A stretch of DNA of 64,000 nt from Candidatus Omnitrophota bacterium (lineage in GTDB: Bacteria > Omnitrophota > Gorgyraeia > B26-G9). The notes below the pieces were generated by a model, which worked only from the letters and a program-made list of their open reading frames with translations, was not told the DNA's origin and made no database searches. Positions 18,715 to 28,622 of this stretch are shown piece after piece; positions within the stretch are counted from its first letter, which is position 1; every line of letters begins with the position of its first letter. The DNA is taken from the NCBI GenBank assembly GCA_043826565.1, contig JBDRPX010000028.1, forward strand, positions 16,607 to 80,606, written 5' to 3'. The position numbers were made by a program, and so were the translations under genes.

Positions 18715-19737
18715 ATGAGATATAGAAATATAATAACATTGTTTCTAGTAATTGGAATTATTCTAACATCAGCTTTATTGGTAAAAGCAGAAAAACAAAA
18801 AGAAGTTGTTTTATATACAGCTTTAGACCAGATTTTTTCTGAGCCGATAATTAAAGATTTTGAAAAACAAACCGGGATTAAAGTAAAAGTTGTCTATGAT
18901 ACAGAGGCAGCGAAAACCACCGGCCTGGTAAACCGTTTAATTGCCGAAAAAAACAATCCCAATGCGGATGTCTTCTGGAACAATGAAATTGCCCGAAGCA
19001 TTATCTTAAAGGACAAGGGGATATTAGGTGCTTATTTTTCAACTTCGGCAAAAGATATTCCGCCGCAGTTTAAGGATGCCGGAGGGTATTGGACCGGATT
19101 CGCGGCGCGCGCGCGGGTTTTAATCTATAATAAGAATATGCTTTCGGAAAGCAATATCCCGCAATCTATTTTTGATTTAACTAAAACGCAATGGAAAGGC
19201 CGTTTTGCTATGGCTAATCCATTATTCGGAACCACGGCTACGCATTGCGCGGCTTTATTTGTGAAACTGGGGGATGAAAAAGCCAAAGAATTTTTTACTT
19301 CTTTAAAAGAGAACGGAGTGGTCATGGTGCCGGGTAATTCCACTTCCCGGGACCGGGTAGTGGATGGTGAATTACCAGTTGGATTTACTGATACAGATGA
19401 TTCCTGGGTGGCGATGAGTGAAGGACAGCCGGTAGATATGGTGTACCCTGATGCTGATGGCTTGGGAACATTATTAATTCCCAATACAGTTTGCCTGATC
19501 AAAAATTGCCCGCATCCGGAAGAAGCAAAGCAATTGATTGATTTTATTTTAAGTAAAGAAGTAGAAGAAAAACTCGCTTATTCAGAAAGTATGCAGATAC
19601 CTTTGCGTAAAGACGTAAAAAAACCAAAACATGTACCGGATTATGATACACTTAAAGTTATGGAAGTTGATTTTGAAGCAGTAGCGCATAAACTGCCGGA
19701 ATCCGGTGAGTATTTAACCGAATTATTTTTACAGTGA
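18715..19737 (+). CDS. ABC transporter substrate-binding protein (Fe3+/AfuA-type family)
   Basis: RLIAEKNNPNADVFW, WTGFAARARV motifs; AGGAGG RBS before ATG 18715. Confidence 0.85.
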   Translation: MRYRNIITLFLVIGIILTSALLVKAEKQKEVVLYTALDQIFSEPIIKDFEKQTGIKVKVVYDTEAAKTTGLVNRLIAEKNNPNADVFWNNEIARSIILKDKGILGAYFSTSAKDIPPQFKDAGGYWTGFAARARVLIYNKNMLSESNIPQSIFDLTKTQWKGRFAMANPLFGTTATHCAALFVKLGDEKAKEFFTSLKENGVVMVPGNSTSRDRVVDGELPVGFTDTDDSWVAMSEGQPVDMVYPDADGLGTLLIPNTVCLIKNCPHPEEAKQLIDFILSKEVEEKLAYSESMQIPLRKDVKKPKHVPDYDTLKVMEVDFEAVAHKLPESGEYLTELFLQ

Positions 19738-21293
19738 GCATATTGCCAAAAACCGTTATTGCTATTTGTCTGAGTGTATTCTGCGTTATTGTGATCGCGC
19801 CGTTGCTGCTGTTATTATTTAATGCAATTACTTCTGTGCCTTTATCGAGTTTTCTGCTTGAGGCTAGACAGCTGAACCTGTTAAAAAACAGCCTTGTTAT
19901 CGGGATCGGAACAGCGTTATTCGCGTTAATACTTGGTATTCCGTACGCTTTTTTCCTGACGAGAACAAGTATATTATTTAAACAGGGTTTTCTTTTAGCG
20001 GGTTTAATTCCGCTTTTTTTGCCCGCGCAGATAACTACAATCGGCTGGCTGAAATTAATGGGTACGCAGGGTTTGGATTTAGGATTTAAGTTATACGGTT
20101 TAGGGGGAATAGTCTTTATCCTGGGATTATCCTACTTTCCTTTTGTAGTACTGCTTACGCTTACCGGATTAAATTCCATGGATCCTAAACTGGAGCAGGC
20201 CGGAGAACTGACTTGTTCGCGAGCTAAGGTATTTACCCGGATTACTTTGCCGTTACTTTTACCTTATATATTTTCCGGAGCGATATTTGTGTTTATTTTT
20301 TCTATCGCGAACTACGGAGTGCCGGATCTTTTGAGAGTAAATACCTATCCGGTAGAAATATTTGTGCAGTTCAGTGCTTTCTATAATACGCAAAAAGCTG
20401 TAATTCTGGCTATACCATTAATATTAATTACCCTGGGATTGATATTACTGCAAAGGCATTTAATGGCGGAGAGATCATATGTTACTCTGCGCTGTCAAAA
20501 GGGGATCCCGCATTATATTGATTCCGCGAAAATTAAATGGCTGGGAATTGTATTTTGCAGTTTTGTTTTTATTTTATCTGTAGTTGTGCCCATGCTTATG
20601 CTGATTATCGGTGCCGGGCCAATAGCTACTTATGCAGCAGCTTTTAAAACTGCACAGCAGCAGATTTTTAACAGCTTATTTTTTGCGGTAATTGCCGCGA
20701 CTTTTATTTGTATAATATGTTTTCCGTTAGCCTATGTAATCCAGCGTGCGTCAAAACGATTTTCTTTGTTTGTTGATATTGTTTCTATGCTGCCGTTTGC
20801 GATTCCGTCGGCGATTTTTGGTATTGCTCTAATTAAGTTCTGGAATCATCCACAAACCAATTTTATTTACCAGACATTTTTGATTGTTGTTTTTGGCTAT
20901 ACTGTACGGTTTAGTGCTTTTGCTATTAGAACCATGAGTGCGAGTATAAGCCAGATACATAGAAACCTTGAAGAATCCGCCGGGCTTGTGCCGATATCGT
21001 GGTTTAAAAGATTTTGGAAGATTTTATTTCCTTTATCCGGTACCGGAATATTAGCCAGCTGGGTTTTATGTTTTTCTCTGGCTATGGGAGAGTTAGGTAC
21101 AACGCTTTTGGTTATTCCTGCCGGAGAAGCAACTATGCCCATACGGATATACACATTAATGCATTACGGCGCGCATAAACTGGTTTGCGGATTATGTGTG
21201 CTTTTAGTAATGATTATCTTGTTGCCGGGTATTATTTTGTTTATAATGCATAATTGGCGGCAGAGGAGAAAAAAGGCAAAGGTTCTATGTTAA
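19734..21293 (+). CDS. ABC transporter permease (two fused BPD_transp domains, FbpB-type)
   Basis: Two EAA-like loops (LEQAG, LEESAG); ~12 TM segments. Confidence 0.87.
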   Translation: MSILPKTVIAICLSVFCVIVIAPLLLLLFNAITSVPLSSFLLEARQLNLLKNSLVIGIGTALFALILGIPYAFFLTRTSILFKQGFLLAGLIPLFLPAQITTIGWLKLMGTQGLDLGFKLYGLGGIVFILGLSYFPFVVLLTLTGLNSMDPKLEQAGELTCSRAKVFTRITLPLLLPYIFSGAIFVFIFSIANYGVPDLLRVNTYPVEIFVQFSAFYNTQKAVILAIPLILITLGLILLQRHLMAERSYVTLRCQKGIPHYIDSAKIKWLGIVFCSFVFILSVVVPMLMLIIGAGPIATYAAAFKTAQQQIFNSLFFAVIAATFICIICFPLAYVIQRASKRFSLFVDIVSMLPFAIPSAIFGIALIKFWNHPQTNFIYQTFLIVVFGYTVRFSAFAIRTMSASISQIHRNLEESAGLVPISWFKRFWKILFPLSGTGILASWVLCFSLAMGELGTTLLVIPAGEATMPIRIYTLMHYGAHKLVCGLCVLLVMIILLPGIILFIMHNWRQRRKKAKVLC

Positions 21294-21976
21294 AACTTGT
21301 AAATGTATCGAAGAATATCAATAAAAAGAAAATTGTGGAGGATGTTTCTTTTTCTGTGAAGCAGGGGGAGACTTGTGTTATTCTCGGGCCCTCCGGCAGC
21401 GGTAAAACCACATTATTGCGAATGATTGCCGGTTTTGACAAACCGGATCGCGGAAATATTATTATCGGAGGAAAAGATGTTAAAAATATACCGCCGCATA
21501 AACGCAATGTGGGAATGGTATTTCAGGATTTAGCTTTATGGCCGCATATGAGTGTGGAAGGAAATGTTTCTTTTTGCGCGGGAAAGGATATTCCCTTTAA
21601 GGAAATCACGCAGATGCTCCAATCCGTAGGATTAGCCGGCCGGGCCAAATGCTATCCGGCGCAGTTATCCGGAGGAGAACAGCAGAAGCTGGCTTTAGCC
21701 CGAAGTTTAATCGCCCAGCCAAAGATATTACTGCTTGATGAGCCGCTTTCGAGTATTGACCCGCTTTTTAAAGAAGATTTAAAAAAACTAATTCTGGAGC
21801 TTCAGCAGAGAATGAATGTTTCGCTTATCTATGTTACCCATGATCAGAATGAAGCATTTAGCTTATCGGATAATCTTATTGTTTTACATCAGGGGAAGAT
21901 TGAGCAGATGGGAAAGAAGGATAAGATATTTAAAAACCCATCATCGGAATTTGTGAAACGTTTTCTTGGTTTGTAA
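21287..21976 (+). CDS. ABC transporter ATP-binding protein
   Basis: Walker A GPSGSGKT, LSGGEQQ signature, LLLDEP, VTHD. Confidence 0.92.
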   Translation: MLKLVNVSKNINKKKIVEDVSFSVKQGETCVILGPSGSGKTTLLRMIAGFDKPDRGNIIIGGKDVKNIPPHKRNVGMVFQDLALWPHMSVEGNVSFCAGKDIPFKEITQMLQSVGLAGRAKCYPAQLSGGEQQKLALARSLIAQPKILLLDEPLSSIDPLFKEDLKKLILELQQRMNVSLIYVTHDQNEAFSLSDNLIVLHQGKIEQMGKKDKIFKNPSSEFVKRFLGL

Positions 21977-22010
21977 GACATCCTATAAGAGAAAAATAAA
22001 AGGATGTCTT
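21975..22010 (+). terminator. Inverted repeat after the ABC operon
   Basis: AAGACATCCT ... AGGATGTCTT with a 16-nt loop. Confidence 0.45.
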
Positions 22011-22153
22011 GATTATATAGATTAGAAAGAAGATTACAGTGATTTAAAAGCTATTCAGACAGGAGATTAATGGTTTAATCTCCGTAATCTAATATTAATC
22101 GTTTTAATCAGGTATAATTATTAGTGGATTGAAGATTATACCTGGAGTAAACT

Positions 22154-22639
22154 ATGGTTCGATATCTTTTTATTTTTTGTCTTCTGATCTCTGTCTCCTT
22201 TTTTCTGACATCTGAGGGGAGAACTGCTCAGGATGGACATTTTTACTCCACCTGGGATACCTTAGAACTTGATACCTGTGCAAGTGCTTGGCTGATAAAA
22301 AACTTTGTGGATAAAGAAGCGGAATTTAAATTTTATCCTAAAGGTGAAATTATTACCGAAGGCATGCCTTTTGACACTCCGGATGCGGAATTAAGAAGGA
22401 CAGCTAATGCTTCGGCTTATGAAAACGCGCTTATAAAATATAAACTAACCGATCCGGCTTTAATAGAGATCGGGAATATCATCCATGATATCGAAATTAA
22501 TTACTGGGGGCAAAAGCAAAAGGAAGAATCTCAGGTTTTAAAAGATAAAATCCTGCCGATAATAGAAAATTCAAAAACTCCGGAAGAATGTTTTAAGAAA
22601 ACCTTTATTGTTTTAGATGAATTGTATGGACAACTGTAA
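22154..22639 (+). CDS. ChrB C-terminal-domain protein with N-terminal signal peptide
   Basis: 'D.CASAWLIK.FVD..AEFKF...PFD..DAEL...DPAL..IG.IIHDI' resembles ChrB_C. Confidence 0.75.
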   Translation: MVRYLFIFCLLISVSFFLTSEGRTAQDGHFYSTWDTLELDTCASAWLIKNFVDKEAEFKFYPKGEIITEGMPFDTPDAELRRTANASAYENALIKYKLTDPALIEIGNIIHDIEINYWGQKQKEESQVLKDKILPIIENSKTPEECFKKTFIVLDELYGQL

Positions 22640-22682
22640 GATGGGATTATGGTCGAAGCAGAACAATCAAAAAAGGGAGGGA

Positions 22683-23162
22683 ATGTATATGTTGGCTAAA
22701 AAAATTATTTTAGGATTTGGGATTGCAATCCTTTTGCCTATGTTGGTTTATTATGGATTAAGTTCTTTTGTGCATCGTCCATTTTGGAAAGATTATCAAA
22801 TTGAGGATTACTCTGAAAGATATGATGATGCCACTCCATTACAGAAGGCGGCGCTTGAAAAAGAAAGAAAAGAACTAAATAACAAATGGAAAGAAGATAA
22901 TGAAGTATTTGAGAGATATTTTTTCTATGCAGCTATTCCGATTGGGATTGTTGTAACTATTGGGGGTATAATTGTAAAAATTCAAGCTGTCGGAGCAGGT
23001 TTGATGGTGGGAGGGATAGTTACTTTGCTTTGGGGGTGTTCTACTCGCTGGGCAGAGTTACCTGCTTGGATCAGATTTGTCTCTCTTCTGGTTGTTTTTT
23101 TATGTCTTGTAGGTTTTGGAATCTCAAAAATTCAAAATGGGAAGGATAAGGATGAAAAGTAA
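22683..23162 (+). CDS. Membrane protein of unknown function
   Basis: Four hydrophobic segments; GGAGG RBS. Confidence 0.65.
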   Translation: MYMLAKKIILGFGIAILLPMLVYYGLSSFVHRPFWKDYQIEDYSERYDDATPLQKAALEKERKELNNKWKEDNEVFERYFFYAAIPIGIVVTIGGIIVKIQAVGAGLMVGGIVTLLWGCSTRWAELPAWIRFVSLLVVFLCLVGFGISKIQNGKDKDEK

Positions 23163-25950
23163 GCGTCTTATCCATATATTTTTTTTATTGATAATTATAA
23201 GCTGGTTTTTTGTGGAAATTTCTTCTGCAAAATCGATTTTTTCCGGTATCCAAGTTCAAGAACTTAGAAAGATAACAGAAAACGATTTGGTTAAGGATTG
23301 GTTTTCAATTCCGGTATATCGAAGTGAAGATATGTTTAATCCTGTATTTTTACCCTTTACATATGTATGTGAAGAAGGAATAGAAGATCCTAATCAATCT
23401 CTAACTTTTCCATGTCTTTTGTCATTTAAATTTGATTTTGTTCCGGATAATTTTTCAGCGCGTCATCCGGGTTTTGTTTTTCGAAGTGATCCGAGTGTGT
23501 TGAAAATTGATCCTAAGGAAGCTGAGGAGATTGCTTATTATATTAAAAATTGGCAAGCTACTCACGTAATAACAGGAACCATAATCCAGAAGGATGATGA
23601 CTATAGGGGTGAATTAGTTGTCTATGATGTGAATGGGGTAGAAATATTACGCCAGGAATATGCAATTTCTAGGCCTTATTTTGAATTGATGGGAGAAATG
23701 GTTGAAAGTTGGATGGATTTTCGTAAGCAGGTTATCTCGGAAAAAATGGCTATGGAATTATTTAGGGATATGACTACTGATATGGAAACTGTGAAGTGGT
23801 ATGGCGAGACTTTTGATGTAGAATGGCGAAGTTTTGATGAATGGGATATTTATGAAAGAATTTTAGAACGGGATCCTGAATTTGCTGAAGTTAGATTTTG
23901 GTATGCCAATCAAAAAGGATGGTCAACAGGTGAGAAAACATCAAATCATTTTGAATATATACGTGCGTCAGAGAGTCATATTGTTATTCCAGCTATTTCA
24001 TATATTAGTTATAAAACTATAAAAGATCAATCTCTTCGCGAGCGATTTAAGGCAAATTTAGAAAAGGCCAGAGAAATATGCGGAGAAAGTCCTGTTATCG
24101 CGGAAACATATTTAGAACTTGGCAGGAATTATTTTTCTACTAAAGAATTAGATGAGTTTTTACCTTTAGCAGAAAAATACCCTAATTATAAATCATTTAT
24201 AGATGAACTTGCGGATAAATATTTTTATGCCGAGAAATACGACAAAGCCGCTCCGCTGTACTTAGCCACATTACATTCATCATATTTGCCAGGAGAAGGG
24301 CTGCAAGGGTTTTCCTGGGCATTCATACAATTAGTTAGAATTTATATGGAGTTAGGATATTTGTCAGAAGCTAAGGAATGTATTGAATTGGCCTTGGTTA
24401 ACTACGACTATAATAATAAGCCATGGCTTGATTACTATAGTGGAGTCATTTATCAGGAGTTATTTGATTTTAAAAAGGCAAAGGGGGTTTTAGATGTAGA
24501 TAAAATTACAGTTGGGGTCGTGAATCATATGTTTTTTCGAGCAGCTATGGGAGCATTTATTCTAGAAGACTTTGATACTATGAAAAAATGGGAAAATACT
24601 CCTAGTATGCAGTCATTGCTTTTTGGGATACGACATTTTTACAAGGCGCGAAAAGCACTTTTAGATAACAACCCTTTTACTGCTTTATTAATAATGGAAG
24701 ATGCTCCTTTTCGCAGTATGGAAAGTGATGAAATATATCGTTTTGAAAAAGAATCTATAAAAGCTGAAGCTTTTTTGGTTTTAAAACAAAAAAAGAAGGC
24801 GGTGAAAAGTGCTTTAAGGGCATGGTATCTATTTCCCCGAAGTAGAAAAGCCGGATATCTTTTAGAGGCTGTTTTAGATGGCAAGGTTCAAACCTGGGGC
24901 CGTTTTTTAGAGGTGGCGTCATTTATTTTTCCATCGCAGCATTACTGGGCGGATAAGTTGTCAGCTTTAAAGGGGCAAGGATATAAGACTGAAACTGATG
25001 ACTGGGTTCTTAATGCATTTTACGACTTGAAAAAGCGATTTGGTGAGATATCTTCAGGAGCTAAAATAGATTTTTTTATTTCCACCCCACCTTTTCTCAT
25101 TGAATATTTATGTATGAGAATTTTACAGACGGAAGATAGTAACCATATAAATGATGCGTTAGATTTTTATGTTAATTTTGCTGCGACAATTAGCGCCTTT
25201 TCTAGATATCAGAAAACTCATACACGAATTTATTTAATGCAAATTTTATCATCAGCATCAAAGGAAGAAAAAAATAAGTGGAGTAAAAAGCTGGAAGATT
25301 TAATTGAAAGAGAATTTGGCAAATATGAACGTCTTGAAGGAGATGGGTGGAGATATGTTGACGAAAACATGGATGATGAAGCCCTGAAAGTATTTGAGGA
25401 AGTTATTAAATTATTTCCTGAGAAAGCAGGAGGCTATCACGGGGTCGGATATGTTTATGAGAAAAAGGGGATGTCTGATGAAGCAATTCAGATGTGCGAA
25501 AAAGCAATAAGTATCAGTCCTGACGATTCACCGCCATATATAGTGATGGGGAATGCTTATATAGATAAAAAGATGGAAGATGAGGCGTCAGAAGCGTTTA
25601 AAAAAGCAACCCAAATAAATCCAGCTCAGTCAAGGAAATGGAAAAAAGGTGGTACTACTTTTAAGGTTTTTGGTAAAAGGGGTAGTGGGTTTCTGCACAG
25701 CGGAGAATTAGATAAGGCAATTGAAGAGTATGAAATTGCCTTGTCAATTAACCCCACATATTCGTGTATTTATCATGATCTTGCTGCGGTTTATTCGTTA
25801 AAAAAAGACAAATACAATGCATTGAGATTTTTGAAAATGGCTTTTTCTTTGGGTGTGTCTGATAAATGTAAAGAATGGGTAAAGACTGGCAAAGAGTTTG
25901 ATTTTGTGCGTAATGACCAAGAGTTTCAGAAAATTATACAGGAAGAGTAA
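23152..25950 (+). CDS. Large exported TPR-repeat protein
   Basis: Signal/anchor; C-terminal TPRs (YHGVGYVYEKKG..EAI..CEKAISISP; DKAIEEYEIALSINP). Confidence 0.78.
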   Translation: MKSKRLIHIFFLLIIISWFFVEISSAKSIFSGIQVQELRKITENDLVKDWFSIPVYRSEDMFNPVFLPFTYVCEEGIEDPNQSLTFPCLLSFKFDFVPDNFSARHPGFVFRSDPSVLKIDPKEAEEIAYYIKNWQATHVITGTIIQKDDDYRGELVVYDVNGVEILRQEYAISRPYFELMGEMVESWMDFRKQVISEKMAMELFRDMTTDMETVKWYGETFDVEWRSFDEWDIYERILERDPEFAEVRFWYANQKGWSTGEKTSNHFEYIRASESHIVIPAISYISYKTIKDQSLRERFKANLEKAREICGESPVIAETYLELGRNYFSTKELDEFLPLAEKYPNYKSFIDELADKYFYAEKYDKAAPLYLATLHSSYLPGEGLQGFSWAFIQLVRIYMELGYLSEAKECIELALVNYDYNNKPWLDYYSGVIYQELFDFKKAKGVLDVDKITVGVVNHMFFRAAMGAFILEDFDTMKKWENTPSMQSLLFGIRHFYKARKALLDNNPFTALLIMEDAPFRSMESDEIYRFEKESIKAEAFLVLKQKKKAVKSALRAWYLFPRSRKAGYLLEAVLDGKVQTWGRFLEVASFIFPSQHYWADKLSALKGQGYKTETDDWVLNAFYDLKKRFGEISSGAKIDFFISTPPFLIEYLCMRILQTEDSNHINDALDFYVNFAATISAFSRYQKTHTRIYLMQILSSASKEEKNKWSKKLEDLIEREFGKYERLEGDGWRYVDENMDDEALKVFEEVIKLFPEKAGGYHGVGYVYEKKGMSDEAIQMCEKAISISPDDSPPYIVMGNAYIDKKMEDEASEAFKKATQINPAQSRKWKKGGTTFKVFGKRGSGFLHSGELDKAIEEYEIALSINPTYSCIYHDLAAVYSLKKDKYNALRFLKMAFSLGVSDKCKEWVKTGKEFDFVRNDQEFQKIIQEE

Positions 25951-26050
25951 CCTAATAAAATAGCAGGGAACAGAATAACAGGAATTCCCGTCTGACCCTG
26001 ATACTTTTAGAAAACTTTTACTGTTTTTGATGAATTATATCTACAGGTGA

Positions 26051-26932
26051 ATGATACAAATGAAGAAAATTGAAATTTTGGTTATAATAATTATTTTGAT
26101 TTTTCAAACTTTTTGCTTTGCGGATATCGTCTACCTTAACAGTGGGAAGAAAATTGAAGGAGAAATAATAGAGCAAACACAAGACTATGTTAAAATAAAT
26201 ATGATGGGCATGGGTTTTTATGTAACCTACCAAACGGAAGATATAAAAGAAATCAAAAAGACGGAAAATAAAGCATATATTCCCAATTCTTCTAATAATG
26301 ACTTATCGCAACCAATGCAGAATTTAGTTGAACAAATAGAAGCGCAAACAATTGATCAAGAAAGTTATCTTCTATATATTCCCTCTAATATTCATAAGGA
26401 AAAGAAATACCCGTTGGTTATTGCTCTGCATCCCGGAGGACATGCTCCGGCTATGATTGAAACATGGAAAAATATAGCGGAAGAACATAAATGGATAGTA
26501 TTTGCTTCAAAGACCTTTCGGAATGGAGCTAGTAATTGGAATGAGCCTATTTATGAAGCTTTAGAAGAAGTATTTATGAAATATCCTATAAACAAAAGAA
26601 AAATTATTTCTACGGGAATATCAGGAGGAGGAATGGGAGCACATATGCTTTCATATAGTTCTCTGAATCTAGTTTCGGCGGTAATTGCTAATGTGGGTAG
26701 GATCCATCCTAATTATAAAAAAGCTCCTGCTAAAAATGACTATCCAAGAAAAAAGATAGCGGTATTTTTAGCTAGCCCTACAGATTTTAATTATGAACAT
26801 ATGAAAGACGATAGAAATTTTTTAAGGGACCTTGGATGGGATGTTAAATGGATTGAATTTGAAGGAGGGCATGTAACGGCTCCAGAACATGCGTATCAGG
26901 AAGCCGCAGCATGGCTTGATAGGTATTTGTAA
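26051..26932 (+). CDS. Secreted alpha/beta-hydrolase (esterase-like)
   Basis: YPLVIALH, nucleophile G-I-S-G-G, terminal EGGH; N-terminal 'ADIVYLNSGKKIEGEII' beta domain. Confidence 0.78.
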   Translation: MIQMKKIEILVIIIILIFQTFCFADIVYLNSGKKIEGEIIEQTQDYVKINMMGMGFYVTYQTEDIKEIKKTENKAYIPNSSNNDLSQPMQNLVEQIEAQTIDQESYLLYIPSNIHKEKKYPLVIALHPGGHAPAMIETWKNIAEEHKWIVFASKTFRNGASNWNEPIYEALEEVFMKYPINKRKIISTGISGGGMGAHMLSYSSLNLVSAVIANVGRIHPNYKKAPAKNDYPRKKIAVFLASPTDFNYEHMKDDRNFLRDLGWDVKWIEFEGGHVTAPEHAYQEAAAWLDRYL

Positions 26933-27074
26933 GGAGGTAAATTACAAAAACGATTTTTGTTTTATTAATTGTTTAGTTTTTCAATTAACGAATATTCAAT
27001 TAACGAATAACTGGAGCTCCCCCGATTTAATAGACACCTAGTTTACTATTCTTATTTTCTTTTCCAGCTGGCTC

Positions 27075-27131
27075 TTGACAATAATTATATTGTGTGGTAT
27101 TATTATTTCTGTAAGTTAACATTAATGTTAA
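27075..27131 (+). promoter_or_regulatory. Sigma70-type promoter and palindromic operator of the AbiE operon
   Basis: TTGACA (27075) - 17 bp - TG.TATTAT (27098); perfect 16-bp palindrome TTAACATTAATGTTAA at 27116-27131. Confidence 0.7.
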
Positions 27132-27143
27132 TTAAAGGAAATT

Positions 27144-27773
27144 ATGCGTTACGATGAATTTAAAGCAAAAGTACGGGGTTTCCCGGTATTAAGTACGCAA
27201 TTGCTGCAATTATTATCCGGCGAGGATGCGGGGTTTTCGGTGCAATTAGGGCGCTGGGTAAATGCGGGAAAAGTAATTCAGCTGAAGAAGGGGATTTACT
27301 TACTTAATGAACTTGACCGGAAGATTATGCCTTCAAGGCTTTATCTTGCCGGAGAACTATATAAACCTTCTTATATTAGCCTGGAGTATGCTTTGGCATA
27401 TTATGGCTTAATTCCGGAAAAAGTAGCAGATGTTACTTGTGTTTGCGCGAAAAAAACGGCAATGTTTCAAACTCCACTGGGAAGGTTTATTTATCAGCAT
27501 GTTAAAGATGGTTGTTTTAACGGATTTAGGCAAGTAAAAGATGAATCCGGTTTGAATTTTTTTATCGCATCTCCCGAGAAAGCACTAGTGGATTTTTTTT
27601 ATTTGAATTTGGGATTATTTAAAAAAGATTATGTGTTGGTTGGGCGGGAATCACTTCGTTTGCAAAATATGAAAACTCTTGATTGGGAAAAATTATTAAG
27701 TTTAGCCGGGCTATTCAGGGTTAAAAAACTAATGGAGGTTGTCCGTGCTTTTAGGGAGGAAAATAATGATTGA
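27144..27773 (+). CDS. abiEi: Type IV toxin-antitoxin antitoxin, AbiEi family
   Basis: LKKGIY, PSYISLEYALAYYGLIPE, IASPEKALVD motifs. Confidence 0.85.
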   Translation: MRYDEFKAKVRGFPVLSTQLLQLLSGEDAGFSVQLGRWVNAGKVIQLKKGIYLLNELDRKIMPSRLYLAGELYKPSYISLEYALAYYGLIPEKVADVTCVCAKKTAMFQTPLGRFIYQHVKDGCFNGFRQVKDESGLNFFIASPEKALVDFFYLNLGLFKKDYVLVGRESLRLQNMKTLDWEKLLSLAGLFRVKKLMEVVRAFREENND

Positions 27774-28566
27774 TGTCTTAAGGCAGAGTTTATCGGAAGC
27801 TGCTACACAGGAAGAAAAAGCGTATAAGGTTCGTGAAATGCTGCAGGTATTGATGCTGAAAATAATGTTTGACCGGGGCGCGTTTAAGCATCTTTGTTTT
27901 GTCGGCGGGACTGCTTTACGGATTCTTTATGGTTTAAGAAGGTACAGCGAAGACCTGGATTTTAGTTTAGTAGGAAAAACTCCGTATTCTTTTTCGGAGA
28001 TGCTGAAAAAATTATTATCTGAGCTTAGGCATTATGGTTTTACGGCGGAAGCGCGGGCTAATCAAAAAGGAGTAGTTCAAAGCGGTATGGTGAAGTTTCC
28101 TGATTTGCTGGAACAACTGGGATTGAGCAGGTTAAAGGAACAAAAGCTTGCTGTAAAGTTAGAAGTTGATACCAATCCTCATCAGGGCGGCAAAACATTG
28201 TTTATGCCGGTAACCAAATCATTTGTTTTTGCTGTGAATACTTTTGATTTGCCTTCGTTATATGCTACCAAGTTACATGCCTGTTTCTACCGGAAATTTA
28301 TTAAGGGAAGGGATTTTTATGACCTGGTTTGGTATCTTGGCAAAAGAATTGAGCCTAATTATTTGCTTCTTAATAATGCTATCCAGCAGACGAAAAAGGG
28401 GTATCGGAAAATCGAAACCAGTAATTTTAAAGAGTTTTTAGCGGAGCATTTGTCCCAGGTTGATTTAAGTGCTGCTAAAAAAGATGTTGAGCGTTTTTTA
28501 GAAGATAAGAAGGAATTAAAGCTTTTAGATAAAAAAATTATTCTGGGTATGGTTGAGGGAAGTTAG
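27766..28566 (+). CDS. abiEii: Type IV toxin-antitoxin toxin, AbiEii nucleotidyltransferase
   Basis: FVGGTALR..RYSEDLDF, KLHA, KGRDFYDL motifs. Confidence 0.9.
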   Translation: MIDVLRQSLSEAATQEEKAYKVREMLQVLMLKIMFDRGAFKHLCFVGGTALRILYGLRRYSEDLDFSLVGKTPYSFSEMLKKLLSELRHYGFTAEARANQKGVVQSGMVKFPDLLEQLGLSRLKEQKLAVKLEVDTNPHQGGKTLFMPVTKSFVFAVNTFDLPSLYATKLHACFYRKFIKGRDFYDLVWYLGKRIEPNYLLLNNAIQQTKKGYRKIETSNFKEFLAEHLSQVDLSAAKKDVERFLEDKKELKLLDKKIILGMVEGS

Positions 28567-28573
28567 AAAACCA

Positions 28574-28603
28574 AAAGAGGGGAAATAATTATCTCCCCTC
28601 TTT
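28574..28603. terminator. Hairpin between convergent genes, probably a bidirectional terminator
   Basis: AAAGAGGGGA ... TCCCCTCTTT. Confidence 0.7.
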
Positions 28604-28622
28604 GTGAAGATACTAAGAATTG

